DNA from: a virus
Strand: one strand, 5' to 3'
DNA length: 64,000 nt
IMG/VR virus record: IMGVR_UViG_3300028416_000485
A model generated the notes under the pieces. It had not been told where the DNA came from, made no database searches, and was given only the letters and a program-made list of their open reading frames with translations. Made by a program: the position numbers and the translations under genes. Every line of letters starts with the position of its first letter. The stretch's first letter is position 1. Below, piece by piece: positions 1-9,600 of the stretch.

Positions 1-38
1 TGGAATATCCAAGGAATGGGACAAAATGTGTTTGTCAT
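1..38 (-). CDS. Radical SAM protein, N-terminal fragment (continues beyond window)
   Basis: Not in ORF track. Reverse strand from ATG at 38 reads MTNTFCPIPWIF, matching the N-termini of neighbouring rSAM genes (TFCNLPWMH, TFCILPWVH). ATGA overlap with the stop of the upstream ORF. Confidence 0.7.
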   Translation of the reverse strand, partial: MTNTFCPIPWIF

Positions 39-688
39 AATATGTTCCTATCAGTTAACTGATCTTTAATCCAGTTAGCTTCCCATTGGTTTCCTTCTGT
101 ACCAAAATGTTCGCCGTCATCAACTACATATTTGTAAAACTGCTTTTCACCTAACTCAGTGAACACACTAGGAATATGAGATTCATATGATCTTCTATGA
201 TGGAAATAAAAATCTACATTATTTTTTACATAGTTTATGTAAACACGATGATCTAAATCAACTTGATCGTCGCACAATCTTTTGTAATATTCTACTCCAA
301 ACTTGTGTTTTTTGCGATCAGAATCTAAAAACTTGTTTGAAAGTATTGTTCCTGTATTAATACGGTCGACAAACTTGCCATAATCTTCCTCTAGGCAATA
401 ATAGTTGTCATATTTTTGATACATTATTTCTTTAAACTTATGAGGTTTCCACCATGTAAATCTTCCAGGACTTGTGACTTGAAAAAGTTTTACATCAAAA
501 GTTTTATCTTGCATTACTTGTTCTAATAAATGAGTATGATATGTTATAGCAGTTCCAGCTGCTGCAAAGTTATAAAATTTATGCTGAGGATACATCTTAC
601 TTAACCAAACTACCCAGTTATCAAAAACTTCTGATTTTACTCCTTGAGTCCAGCTACAACCAAATACTGCAATATTTTTAGACTTCAT
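35..688 (-). CDS. SGNH/GDSL-like hydrolase or acyltransferase
   Basis: Block I-like FGCSWTQG, block II-like NFAAAG, C-terminal DGEH (DxxH). Start moved to ATG 688, which has GGAG upstream. Confidence 0.6.
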   Translation of the reverse strand: MKSKNIAVFGCSWTQGVKSEVFDNWVVWLSKMYPQHKFYNFAAAGTAITYHTHLLEQVMQDKTFDVKLFQVTSPGRFTWWKPHKFKEIMYQKYDNYYCLEEDYGKFVDRINTGTILSNKFLDSDRKKHKFGVEYYKRLCDDQVDLDHRVYINYVKNNVDFYFHHRRSYESHIPSVFTELGEKQFYKYVVDDGEHFGTEGNQWEANWIKDQLTDRNIL

Positions 689-1862
689 ATTTTTTAAACT
701 CCGGTAATACATCATACAGATTTTGACCACGACTTTGGTCTAGTTGTTTACTATAATAATAGAATTTTTCTAGTTTGTCAACCCAGTTCTCAGCATTCAT
801 GTAGTCAATAACTCCTTGGACTTTATCTATATGTGTGTAGTTAGATAATGTTTTTGTAACTTGTGCTTTTAGTTCCTGAGGTAATACTCTTATATTTAAC
901 TCCTCAGGATGATTTAATATATTTAGATAAATTTTATGTCCAAACGGTTCTGCCCAATCTAAAAACTCATGCAATCGTGTTATGTTGTACATCTGTACTG
1001 TGCAATGTATTTCATTTACTACGTTATCCAACTGTCGTACTTTTAAAAAGTTTTCTTCAACTTTATTCCAGTTACTAGGATAACGAATATATCTATCCAA
1101 ATCTCCTATTGCATCAATACTTACATTACATTTTATTGCTTTAAATTCTTTCCATTTTTCTAATAGATAGTTTGGAATATTTGTTAGATTAGTGTTATAT
1201 TTTATTTTTACTTTTTTTGCACGGCCCGACTCTATTATTTTATCAAGTATAAATTCATGATCTTTAATAATAGTAGGTTCGCCGCCTGTAAGGTATACTT
1301 CTTCGATAGTTGGCAAAAAGGCATCAATATTTCTTTCATACTGTGTATACCGATACCAGGGCCAGGTTTCGCCACCAAGTCTTTTCATTTCGTCATCAGG
1401 TAAAGGATCATTAACCAAATGCCATTCATCTAACCATTGATTACTAGCATAAGGATTGCACATACGACATTTGAGATTGCACATATTTCCTAATCTAATA
1501 TCTGCATATACTATGTTTAGTTCGGGGGTTTCTGTATATTCTTTATCTTCTAGCCACCTATCCATCCATGACTGACGTAAACTTTTTATACCAGAGTCTT
1601 CTTCTTTCCAACAACGTGAACACATTTCCGGACGTTCGCCAGCTAACATTTGTTTACGTAGATTTACATAATCTGGGCTATTCCAAACTTTGTCAAGTGG
1701 CACCTTGCCCATTTTATAAGGTTTGCCAGTTTCAGGATCTTTGATGAAGTTTTTTCCAGGAGTACTGTTGCAGCAAGGACGAAAGTTTCCACTTGCATTA
1801 GTAGCAATGTGCATCCACGGAAGATTGCAAAATGTTTCTGATGGTGGTGATATCTTACTCAT
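678..1862 (-). CDS. Radical SAM protein with N-terminal Twitch/SPASM-like Cys cluster (class A)
   Basis: CNLKCRMC, TGGEP; N-terminal FCNLPW..PCC..CSRC. Confidence 0.92.
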   Translation of the reverse strand: MSKISPPSETFCNLPWMHIATNASGNFRPCCNSTPGKNFIKDPETGKPYKMGKVPLDKVWNSPDYVNLRKQMLAGERPEMCSRCWKEEDSGIKSLRQSWMDRWLEDKEYTETPELNIVYADIRLGNMCNLKCRMCNPYASNQWLDEWHLVNDPLPDDEMKRLGGETWPWYRYTQYERNIDAFLPTIEEVYLTGGEPTIIKDHEFILDKIIESGRAKKVKIKYNTNLTNIPNYLLEKWKEFKAIKCNVSIDAIGDLDRYIRYPSNWNKVEENFLKVRQLDNVVNEIHCTVQMYNITRLHEFLDWAEPFGHKIYLNILNHPEELNIRVLPQELKAQVTKTLSNYTHIDKVQGVIDYMNAENWVDKLEKFYYYSKQLDQSRGQNLYDVLPEFKKYEV

Positions 1863-2628
1863 CTGAGTTTATTCCAAGTTTGTTGATTAAATGAGTTGCT
1901 AATAACTCATGTGTGTATTCTTTAAAATGTCCTTGCGGATATATGTCTTTTTTATTATTAGTTCGTTTACTATAGTCGTCAAGTGTTGTTGTGTTAAATC
2001 GTAAATCTTTTAGTGCAACGCCCGGCTTATAAGTGTTGGTGGTATTTACTACATCTATCATATGCACTTTAGGATACATTGTCTTTATCATATGATATAT
2101 TCCTGCATTTGCTGCGCTCCAAAAGTAATCGCAAGGCCCGTCTAACAACATCATTTTGTGTAGTTGTTGTAAATGTTTTTGTTTGTGTGTTTTCATCCAG
2201 TTGAGATTGCGGTTGCCGTCCCAACGTTCTTCGTCAAACATAAATCTGTAAATGTGTGTATAACCAACAAATACAATATCATTGTCCCAGTCTATATGCT
2301 TTTCACGAACAACACTTAGCTCGTGTAAGGCTCTATCAGCACCTGATCCTCGTATTGCATGATTACACAGTTCGTATCCTAGTGACTCTGCAACTTTTCC
2401 TGCATATGACAAATGCTTTTCTTCTTGTAGTAGATCTGTAGTTTTATACAATTCGTCAAGCAAATCTGCCCAGTCATTTCTTACTCTACCAAGGTGTTTG
2501 TCGGGCACTTCCCAAATGTTTGTTGTGCCTGCATTTTCCAGCATCCATTTATCAGGATCTACATATTTAGACACTCCTAGTTCTGTTCCTAGTGTGTGAC
2601 TACAACCAAACGCCCAAACTCTACTCAT
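1855..2628 (-). CDS. SGNH/GDSL-like protein
   Basis: FGCSHTLG, NHAIRGSG, C-terminal PQGHF; same motif layout as 35..688. Confidence 0.55.
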   Translation of the reverse strand: MSRVWAFGCSHTLGTELGVSKYVDPDKWMLENAGTTNIWEVPDKHLGRVRNDWADLLDELYKTTDLLQEEKHLSYAGKVAESLGYELCNHAIRGSGADRALHELSVVREKHIDWDNDIVFVGYTHIYRFMFDEERWDGNRNLNWMKTHKQKHLQQLHKMMLLDGPCDYFWSAANAGIYHMIKTMYPKVHMIDVVNTTNTYKPGVALKDLRFNTTTLDDYSKRTNNKKDIYPQGHFKEYTHELLATHLINKLGINSDE

Positions 2629-3829
2629 AATATAAATCCTTTAAATAATCAAATTCTGTGTAGTAATCAAACAAACATTTGTTATTAACTTTATCCTGTG
2701 CTCGCATCCATTTAACAAATGTGTGATCAAATTCTGCGTTTACAGGTTTGTCTAGCCATTTTATTATTTTTTCTACACTCTGTGTTGCATGGTGTACTAG
2801 TCTGTTAGATGCATGTTGTTTTGTATATTCTAATCCTATATGACAGCGTTCTCTTATTACGTCTTTGAGATTATCTGGTAAGTTACAAATATCCATTACT
2901 CCAGGGTATTGTACAAAACTAACGTGCAATCTACTGTCTAGTTCTGTCCAAAACTTTAACACTTCATCTATCTTAACAGCATTAAGTACATTTACAGTAC
3001 AAGTAGCATGTAAGTCTAGTTGCTTGTTTTCTATTTGAGTCGACATCTGTGTTTTTACAGTGTTCCAGTTTTCTACAAGTTTATCTAAGTTGCCACCTTC
3101 ACGCAAGTATTCGTATGTGCTAGGATCTGAATCTACACTTACTCTACATATAACTCTTTTGTACAATGGCCAATGTTCTAATACATTGTTTAGATAGTGC
3201 AAGTTTGTACTATATTCAAGTGTGATATTTTGTGCATATGGCTTTAATACTTCCAACATTTCATGATGCATCGGGTGCATCAACGGTTCGCCGCCTGTTA
3301 TACGTATCATGTTTAAGTTAGGTGCAAAACTTTTAAGTTGTTGCATAGTATCTTCGGGCAACTGATTGATGCTAAAGTTTAAGCTACCACTTGAAATATC
3401 TTTTGCAACTTCATAAAATTCAGGATCTTTTTTACATTGCGTAACCCACTGACTACTAAACTTAGGACTGCAATGCCTGCATTTCATATTACACAAGTTT
3501 CCAAACCTAAACTCCATATCTCTTGGAAAGGGCGGTATTGTTAAATCTTCTACATCTTCGAGTGCTTCAACTTGTTCTGAATAATCCTCAAGCATTGTTA
3601 ATCTAGTGCTTTTGATTCCTGCTTCTTCCATTTGCCAACAACTTTTACATCCTTCAGGCTTTTCACCTGCAAGATGCTGTCGACGAAACTCTTGCCAGTT
3701 GTCGCTGTACCAAATATCCGTTAGATTAGTTGTAGTATAATCACCTAACTTTTCGTGACAACGCCAGCAAGCGGTTGCTGTTTTGTTTGGCTTTATATTC
3801 ATATGTATAAATGGCATAACACACTGCAT
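2621..3829 (-). CDS. Radical SAM protein, class A
   Basis: CNMKCRHC, TGGEP; N-terminal CVMPF..CWRC..CKSC. Start placed at ATG 3829 by analogy with paralogues. Confidence 0.92.
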   Translation of the reverse strand: MQCVMPFIHMNIKPNKTATACWRCHEKLGDYTTTNLTDIWYSDNWQEFRRQHLAGEKPEGCKSCWQMEEAGIKSTRLTMLEDYSEQVEALEDVEDLTIPPFPRDMEFRFGNLCNMKCRHCSPKFSSQWVTQCKKDPEFYEVAKDISSGSLNFSINQLPEDTMQQLKSFAPNLNMIRITGGEPLMHPMHHEMLEVLKPYAQNITLEYSTNLHYLNNVLEHWPLYKRVICRVSVDSDPSTYEYLREGGNLDKLVENWNTVKTQMSTQIENKQLDLHATCTVNVLNAVKIDEVLKFWTELDSRLHVSFVQYPGVMDICNLPDNLKDVIRERCHIGLEYTKQHASNRLVHHATQSVEKIIKWLDKPVNAEFDHTFVKWMRAQDKVNNKCLFDYYTEFDYLKDLYYE

Positions 3830-3839
3830 ACTGTACTTA
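3827..3839 (-). promoter_or_regulatory. Candidate late promoter variant TAAGTA, 4 nt before ATG (leaderless)
   Basis: TAAGTACAGTATG, identical to 13186..13198; resembles the TAAATA motifs of the structural region; no SD. Confidence 0.45.
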
Positions 3840-4949
3840 CCGTATATAATGTGCGTACATTTCAGAGATGAGCGTCTCCAAATCAACACCTCTATGCTGT
3901 TTCATATACTCAGCTTGTGTCCAAAACTTTTCTATTATTTTATCACTTGGAGTGTACATATAGTTTTCTTCTATATCCTTGATAATATTTTTTAGATCGC
4001 CTTGCTCTGGGTCTTCGGCTTGTTTTAGTTCTTCAACAATCTGTTCGAGCTTGCTAGGCTGTATTAAGTTTACCCTATACTCTTCTGGAAATCTTACAGG
4101 AGTATAAACCATATAATCAAATAAATATCCTTGTTCGTTAATAAACTTTGGTATTTGATGTATATTAAAAGATGTTACTGTCATAGTGTTAATGATTGTA
4201 AATCCTTTATCCTTATATTGCTTGAGATTTTCTTCGATTACATTCCATTCGCTTCTTGGACGTTGATAATGCAATACATCTTCTTGCCCGTCAATTGACG
4301 TTAGAAAATGCACAGTGTCAAAAGTTTTTAAGAAATCGGTTACTTCGTTGTCATATATACTACCGTTTGTTCTATATTGTATTTTTACATCTTTTGAAAG
4401 TTTACTCAAAAAGTCTAAATTTTTCTTTTTATGCAACAACGGTTCTCCGCCGGTGATTTGTACATGACGTAAGTTCGTCATTTGTGGTAGCAAATCTAAC
4501 AGTTGTGTATCATAAAAATCGTTTATTTCCGAAAGAGGCGTACTCCAGTTTTGTTCTTTTGCGATCAAATGACTCGATCCTGCGCCGCACATCACGCATT
4601 TAAAGTTACACAAGTTACTAAACTTAATATACAATGCTTCAACATCAGACGGATCAAATACTTCTTTAACAATACCTTTGTTATTAAATTCTCTAATACT
4701 ACGCAATCGAGGAGTGTCTATACCTAGCTTTTCTTTTGATACACACATTTTACACAACTCTGGAGTAATACCATTTACAGCATCTTTGCGCATTTGTTTT
4801 AGTGTATCGCCGTTTATAAGATCTTTTCCATTATGAATTAATACATGATTTTTAGGATCTAACTTATCAACATGACAACAAGGCATTACCGACCTTGATG
4901 GATTTTCTGAAATATTAATGCCGCCTGCTAGCCAACCACACTTAAACAT
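3837..4949 (-). CDS. Radical SAM protein, class A
   Basis: CNFKCVMC, TGGEP; N-terminal C..PCC..CKMC. Start 4949 gives a TGATG overlap with the upstream gene. Confidence 0.92.
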   Translation of the reverse strand: MFKCGWLAGGINISENPSRSVMPCCHVDKLDPKNHVLIHNGKDLINGDTLKQMRKDAVNGITPELCKMCVSKEKLGIDTPRLRSIREFNNKGIVKEVFDPSDVEALYIKFSNLCNFKCVMCGAGSSHLIAKEQNWSTPLSEINDFYDTQLLDLLPQMTNLRHVQITGGEPLLHKKKNLDFLSKLSKDVKIQYRTNGSIYDNEVTDFLKTFDTVHFLTSIDGQEDVLHYQRPRSEWNVIEENLKQYKDKGFTIINTMTVTSFNIHQIPKFINEQGYLFDYMVYTPVRFPEEYRVNLIQPSKLEQIVEELKQAEDPEQGDLKNIIKDIEENYMYTPSDKIIEKFWTQAEYMKQHRGVDLETLISEMYAHYIR

Positions 4950-5956
4950 CACACACCACACTTTGCTGTGCAAATACCTAGCAAACTATTTTTAAATGAA
5001 TGTGGCAAATCTTTTTTAAAAAAGTCATGATTTACAATATCTTTAAACGAATGCTTATGTAAGTTATTAAAATCTTTGCCATACAACTCGATTTTTTCGT
5101 CGAGCCATTCAAAATTGCCACGCCATCTGCTGCCTGTATGAAAACTTAAATAGCAACAAGGCCATACTTCACCCATCTGGTTTACTTGTAAATTTTTTTC
5201 TTGCTGCCACGGACATGCACTTTTTATTTTTACTAGTTGTTTCTTCTGTTCTGCATTACCAATATATTCTACAGCAGATCGCATAATATCTACTTCTTTA
5301 GCAGTAGGTGCAGTAATTGTGCCTGCAGGAAATTCTTTATATTCGTCTGCTTTATTTTCTGTAAAATAACTACGATTTAGTGTAAATGAACAAAACCCTA
5401 AACGTTTAGCCATATCACTTGCTTCTTTTAACTGATGTTTGTTATGATCAAATACTATCATTCTCCATCGTGCATCGGCGCCATGGTCCATAAATGTTTT
5501 TGCATTAGCCATTACCTGATTAAAGTCGACTCCACGGCGATAGATATGATTAGTATCTTCTAACCCGTCGATACTAAACACAACTTCCGAGTCGTTAAAC
5601 AACTGGTACACTTTTGCAAGATCTATCCAAAATTGTGTATTCCTAGCTCCACCGTTTGTATGTATTGCTAGTTTTATTTTAGGATGTATTTCATGTAGAT
5701 AGTATAACATATCAACGATTTCTGGATGACTTGTAAAATCTCCATAGTTTCCATTAAAAGTTATGAGATGCATATTACTATGTTTAGCAAAGTTACAAAC
5801 TTCTTTCCATATAGACCAAGACATATGCTGCAATTTTAATCTTGGATTTACGGGGCCGCCATTAATATTACGAATACATGAAGGACAAAAACTATTACAG
5901 TAACTTGTTACATCTATTTGTATTTGATAAACATCGGTATCATTAATTGTTTGCAT
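4949..5956 (-). CDS. Radical SAM protein with C-terminal SPASM/Twitch-like Cys cluster (class B)
   Basis: N-terminal CNSFCPSC, GNYGD in place of GGEP, C-terminal C..WPCC..CTAKC. Start 5956 gives a TAATG overlap. Confidence 0.9.
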   Translation of the reverse strand: MQTINDTDVYQIQIDVTSYCNSFCPSCIRNINGGPVNPRLKLQHMSWSIWKEVCNFAKHSNMHLITFNGNYGDFTSHPEIVDMLYYLHEIHPKIKLAIHTNGGARNTQFWIDLAKVYQLFNDSEVVFSIDGLEDTNHIYRRGVDFNQVMANAKTFMDHGADARWRMIVFDHNKHQLKEASDMAKRLGFCSFTLNRSYFTENKADEYKEFPAGTITAPTAKEVDIMRSAVEYIGNAEQKKQLVKIKSACPWQQEKNLQVNQMGEVWPCCYLSFHTGSRWRGNFEWLDEKIELYGKDFNNLHKHSFKDIVNHDFFKKDLPHSFKNSLLGICTAKCGV

Positions 5957-7101
5957 TAAAATAACTCCGGTGTTATTAGGTGTTCTAACTTGTTCCAAAG
6001 CTCGCTGTTTTTATCCATCCAGTGTTCCTTGCGTAGCTTATTTAACTGTGCATCATTTCTTAAAAACAATCCAAAGTTTCCTGGTTGTTTAATCTCGTGT
6101 ACAAGTTGTGCAAATATTTTACGATATAACACACTATAGTTTTTTTCAATATTTTGCAAGTATTCTAAAATCCAAGGTTTTACATCTTCGTGCAAGTTAC
6201 GTGGTTGCATCCACTCCGGTCCATCAACAACCACACATTCATGATACAACTCTTGTTCTATACAAAAATCTAATATTTCATGCACTTTGTTTATATTGTA
6301 TATACTAAATGCACTGTGTACATTTATATGTTTAAAATGCTGTTTGTACCAAGCAAGATTGTTGTAAACTGTGTTCCAGTTACTATCTTTACGAAGAAAC
6401 TCATTAAGCTCTCCGTAACTATCAATACTTAAATCAATATGTACTTTTTTACACTGTTGTAATAGTTCAACCAGTTGTTTGTTTGGTAATATACTTACAT
6501 TTGTTACTAGCAATATAGTCAACTGGCTAAGATTGCACTTGTTGAGTACTTTGATTAGTTTGTCTTGTTCCATCATCGGCTCGCCGCCGAGCACTTTTAT
6601 AAATCTTAAATCAGATAAATCATAATGGTTAACAATAGTGTTGTCTGTGATAATGCCTTTTGGTATTTTCCATCCAAGTTTTTTAGCATCACTGTACCAA
6701 TGTGTACTAAGTTCCGGCATACACATTCTACATTTATTATTACACACATTACTAAGAGCTAGATCGATATTTGTAAGTTTTTTTATCTTTCCTCTGCCTT
6801 CTTCTTCTGTGGGTAATCCAAAATCTCCTATAAGTCCGGCATTAATGTCAGTACGCATACTCCTAGCACTACTTTTTTCATCATCATAACATTTTTTACA
6901 GCCATGAACATACTCATCTTTGGACATTTTTTGTCTAAGATAGTTCATATATTCGTGATTGAACGGATCAGGATGTGCTACATTTAAATCGTCTGGAACT
7001 TCTTCTTCTCTAAACACACAACAAGGTCGTATTTGTCCATCAGGACGCATAGCCATGTGATGAAATGGCAATGCACATGCATATTTTGGTACACTAGGCA
7101 T
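5956..7101 (-). CDS. Radical SAM protein, class A
   Basis: CNNKCRMC, LGGEP; N-terminal CALPF..PCC..CKKC. Confidence 0.92.
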   Translation of the reverse strand: MPSVPKYACALPFHHMAMRPDGQIRPCCVFREEEVPDDLNVAHPDPFNHEYMNYLRQKMSKDEYVHGCKKCYDDEKSSARSMRTDINAGLIGDFGLPTEEEGRGKIKKLTNIDLALSNVCNNKCRMCMPELSTHWYSDAKKLGWKIPKGIITDNTIVNHYDLSDLRFIKVLGGEPMMEQDKLIKVLNKCNLSQLTILLVTNVSILPNKQLVELLQQCKKVHIDLSIDSYGELNEFLRKDSNWNTVYNNLAWYKQHFKHINVHSAFSIYNINKVHEILDFCIEQELYHECVVVDGPEWMQPRNLHEDVKPWILEYLQNIEKNYSVLYRKIFAQLVHEIKQPGNFGLFLRNDAQLNKLRKEHWMDKNSELWNKLEHLITPELF

Positions 7102-7648
7102 ACCATTTCTCTGATTGCATTGGATCAATACTTAGTTCGTTGATGTTCAAATGACTAGGCTGATCTACCATCCATTTGACATATTCAGCAGCTAGATTGA
7201 TATCCATAGTTTTTCTATCTGGGTGTTTTTCTTGATTATTGTCTAGTGTTCCAAAACTAATATAGCTTATTTTAGGACCACTTGCCCATACACCTGTAAG
7301 TCCTAACGTATTACTATAATCACGCAATGCTTTCTTTTCAGCATTGTATAACCATGCTCCGCCTTTTTTAACTCTATCAGTAGTGCTGCCTATGTTGATA
7401 ATATGGCATTGATGATTTTCAAGTGTGCATTTTTTATAGACAATATCAAGTAAACTAGTTTGATTGAATCTAAACAAAGCACTACAGTTAATAAACACAT
7501 CATGTGCTAGTACTGCTTCTGCACAGCGTTCCATGTCTAGTTTTTTACCAAAATCGTAGCCAGTACTTCTACTAATAAACTCTGCATCAGGATAAATCTT
7601 TGCTAATGCTCCAGCTACACCGGTGTCTTTGTTACCCGTTATGATCAT
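7094..7648 (-). CDS. Short-chain dehydrogenase/reductase (minimal SDR)
   Basis: IITGNKDTGVA Rossmann motif, INCSA, IINIGS, catalytic YxxxK (YNAEK). Confidence 0.8.
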   Translation of the reverse strand: MIITGNKDTGVAGALAKIYPDAEFISRSTGYDFGKKLDMERCAEAVLAHDVFINCSALFRFNQTSLLDIVYKKCTLENHQCHIINIGSTTDRVKKGGAWLYNAEKKALRDYSNTLGLTGVWASGPKISYISFGTLDNNQEKHPDRKTMDINLAAEYVKWMVDQPSHLNINELSIDPMQSEKWYA

Positions 7649-8786
7649 CTAATACTCCTATATCTATGTGGTTGTTTAGCACGTTTAATAGTTTATCTGT
7701 TTGCATACTCTTAGGAGCACATAGACCGCAACCACATGTCTGTTTTGGACAAACAATAGTAGGCATAGTACCAGATTGCATTTGTTTTCTTAAATCGTCA
7801 ACTAACTTTTTACCTTCACTTATTTTTCCTATTGCGCCTCTTGTGCCATTAAACTTTGCTTGACAGGTTTGATGATGAAACACTTGATCGGTTTGCTGTT
7901 CTAAGTGTAAGAAAAACCAGTTAACACTACACTTCCATCCTTTAAACTCTCTAAAATCTACAAATGTACTCTTACGTTTTTCTGTACCGTTGTGAAGCAT
8001 CATATCTCTACTGCCGCAACAAGGACGTCCTATACTACTTCCTAGTTTTTTTGCATTTTTTACAACATCACCTACTGCACTACTAGCATACAATGCATCA
8101 TTCTTTTGTTTCCAATAGTTTTTCATCCACGCAAGTTGTTCTTCATTATATTGATGAGCAAAGCTAGGTTTGCTATCAGGCTCTTCGCCGATAACCCGCG
8201 GAACAAAATCAACACCGTGTTGCAGTAAAAACTCACATAGTTCTTTACACTCGTCAAAATATTCTGCATGAAACATAACATTTACACTAACTGTACACCC
8301 ATACATATCGCCCTGATAGTGTAGTTGTAGTATTCTGTCTTTTACTTGTTGTTTGAGTTTACTATCACTTTCACTGTGATAGCTAATAGTGGCATGACAA
8401 AAGTTTTCCATTATTGCTTGGCCCATTTTTTCACTAAATGCACCATTGCTTGTAAGGGCAAAATCAGCTTCCCACTTGTCTTGATATTTTGCTTCGTATG
8501 CTTCTTTTAAATATTTTGCAAACGGAATAAAGTGCGGATTTACCGTAGGTTCGCCGCCTGTAAATCCTACATTTGCTTCCTTGAAGTTACGATGTTCCAT
8601 GTACACGTCAATGTATTCAAACAAGAAATCTACGTTGGCTTTTAGTTCATCTAACGTAGCATGTTTACTAAAGTTGTCATGTCTGTGTATTGGGCAATAA
8701 CTACAGTCATAGTTGCACCGTCTTCCAAGATCCCATGTCACTTGAAACAACTTTCCAGTTAACAAATCAATAGTATCAAAACTCAT
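7632..8786 (-). CDS. Radical SAM protein with Cys-rich C-terminus (class C)
   Basis: CNYDCSYC, TGGEP; C-terminal PCCG..WKC..TC..CPKQTCGCGLC. Confidence 0.9.
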   Translation of the reverse strand: MSFDTIDLLTGKLFQVTWDLGRRCNYDCSYCPIHRHDNFSKHATLDELKANVDFLFEYIDVYMEHRNFKEANVGFTGGEPTVNPHFIPFAKYLKEAYEAKYQDKWEADFALTSNGAFSEKMGQAIMENFCHATISYHSESDSKLKQQVKDRILQLHYQGDMYGCTVSVNVMFHAEYFDECKELCEFLLQHGVDFVPRVIGEEPDSKPSFAHQYNEEQLAWMKNYWKQKNDALYASSAVGDVVKNAKKLGSSIGRPCCGSRDMMLHNGTEKRKSTFVDFREFKGWKCSVNWFFLHLEQQTDQVFHHQTCQAKFNGTRGAIGKISEGKKLVDDLRKQMQSGTMPTIVCPKQTCGCGLCAPKSMQTDKLLNVLNNHIDIGVLDDHNG

Positions 8787-9600
8787 TTATTTCCTCAATG
8801 ACAGATTTTACTTGCTTATCTGCCCAATCTCTTTCTTCGCACCACCAGCACTGTTTACATTCTGGAATATACATTCCTGCATTATAATCTCTAAAATGGC
8901 CGCATGCCTCTTTTATACTTTCCATATGATTTATATCACCTTCACAACTACGTGTTGTGTCATACAAATCTAAAATATTTCGTATATGATACTGTGCTAC
9001 AATCCAGTCTTTTTTTACAAATCTAAAAGGATGTACAAACGTTGATTTTACTTTACCGCTGTAAAACCACACGTCGGACGTTACGCCATCCTCTGCATCT
9101 TTGTCTCTATTGGTCATGCGGTCTTCACGCAAATCGTCTGGGTTTTTACTAGTAGCATTGTACACTGCATCTAGTTTATATTCCCAAGCAGCAAACTTAT
9201 TGTAACTTCCTACTATGATCTGATCGCCACTTTTGCCGTTGATACTTGCTCCTATTACACCGTGTTCTATTTCAGGTGGAATATATGTTGTATATCTATT
9301 CTCAATAATATATGGAAACATATCTTTTAGTTTGTTGAATACTTGTAAACTAATATATCCTTGCCATGGTCTTGTTTCCCAACAACGTTGATATGTAATC
9401 ACATCTACTTTTGTATCTAGATTATTACGTTGTATGATTGTACACAACAGATATGTCAGCAATGCACTATCAGCACCACCTGAAAGATTGATGCCAATAC
9501 GCTGCCATCTTGTATCAAAAGGAATAGTCAACTTACTAAAAGTTGTAAGCAGTATGTCATTTGAAATATTTTTGTATAAAGAATTGTTTGTATTAAACAT
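8776..9600 (-). CDS. QueC-like PP-loop ATPase
   Basis: PP-loop LSGGADS; C-terminal TRSC...CKQCWWC zinc-type motif as in QueC. Confidence 0.7.
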   Translation of the reverse strand: MFNTNNSLYKNISNDILLTTFSKLTIPFDTRWQRIGINLSGGADSALLTYLLCTIIQRNNLDTKVDVITYQRCWETRPWQGYISLQVFNKLKDMFPYIIENRYTTYIPPEIEHGVIGASINGKSGDQIIVGSYNKFAAWEYKLDAVYNATSKNPDDLREDRMTNRDKDAEDGVTSDVWFYSGKVKSTFVHPFRFVKKDWIVAQYHIRNILDLYDTTRSCEGDINHMESIKEACGHFRDYNAGMYIPECKQCWWCEERDWADKQVKSVIEEINEF

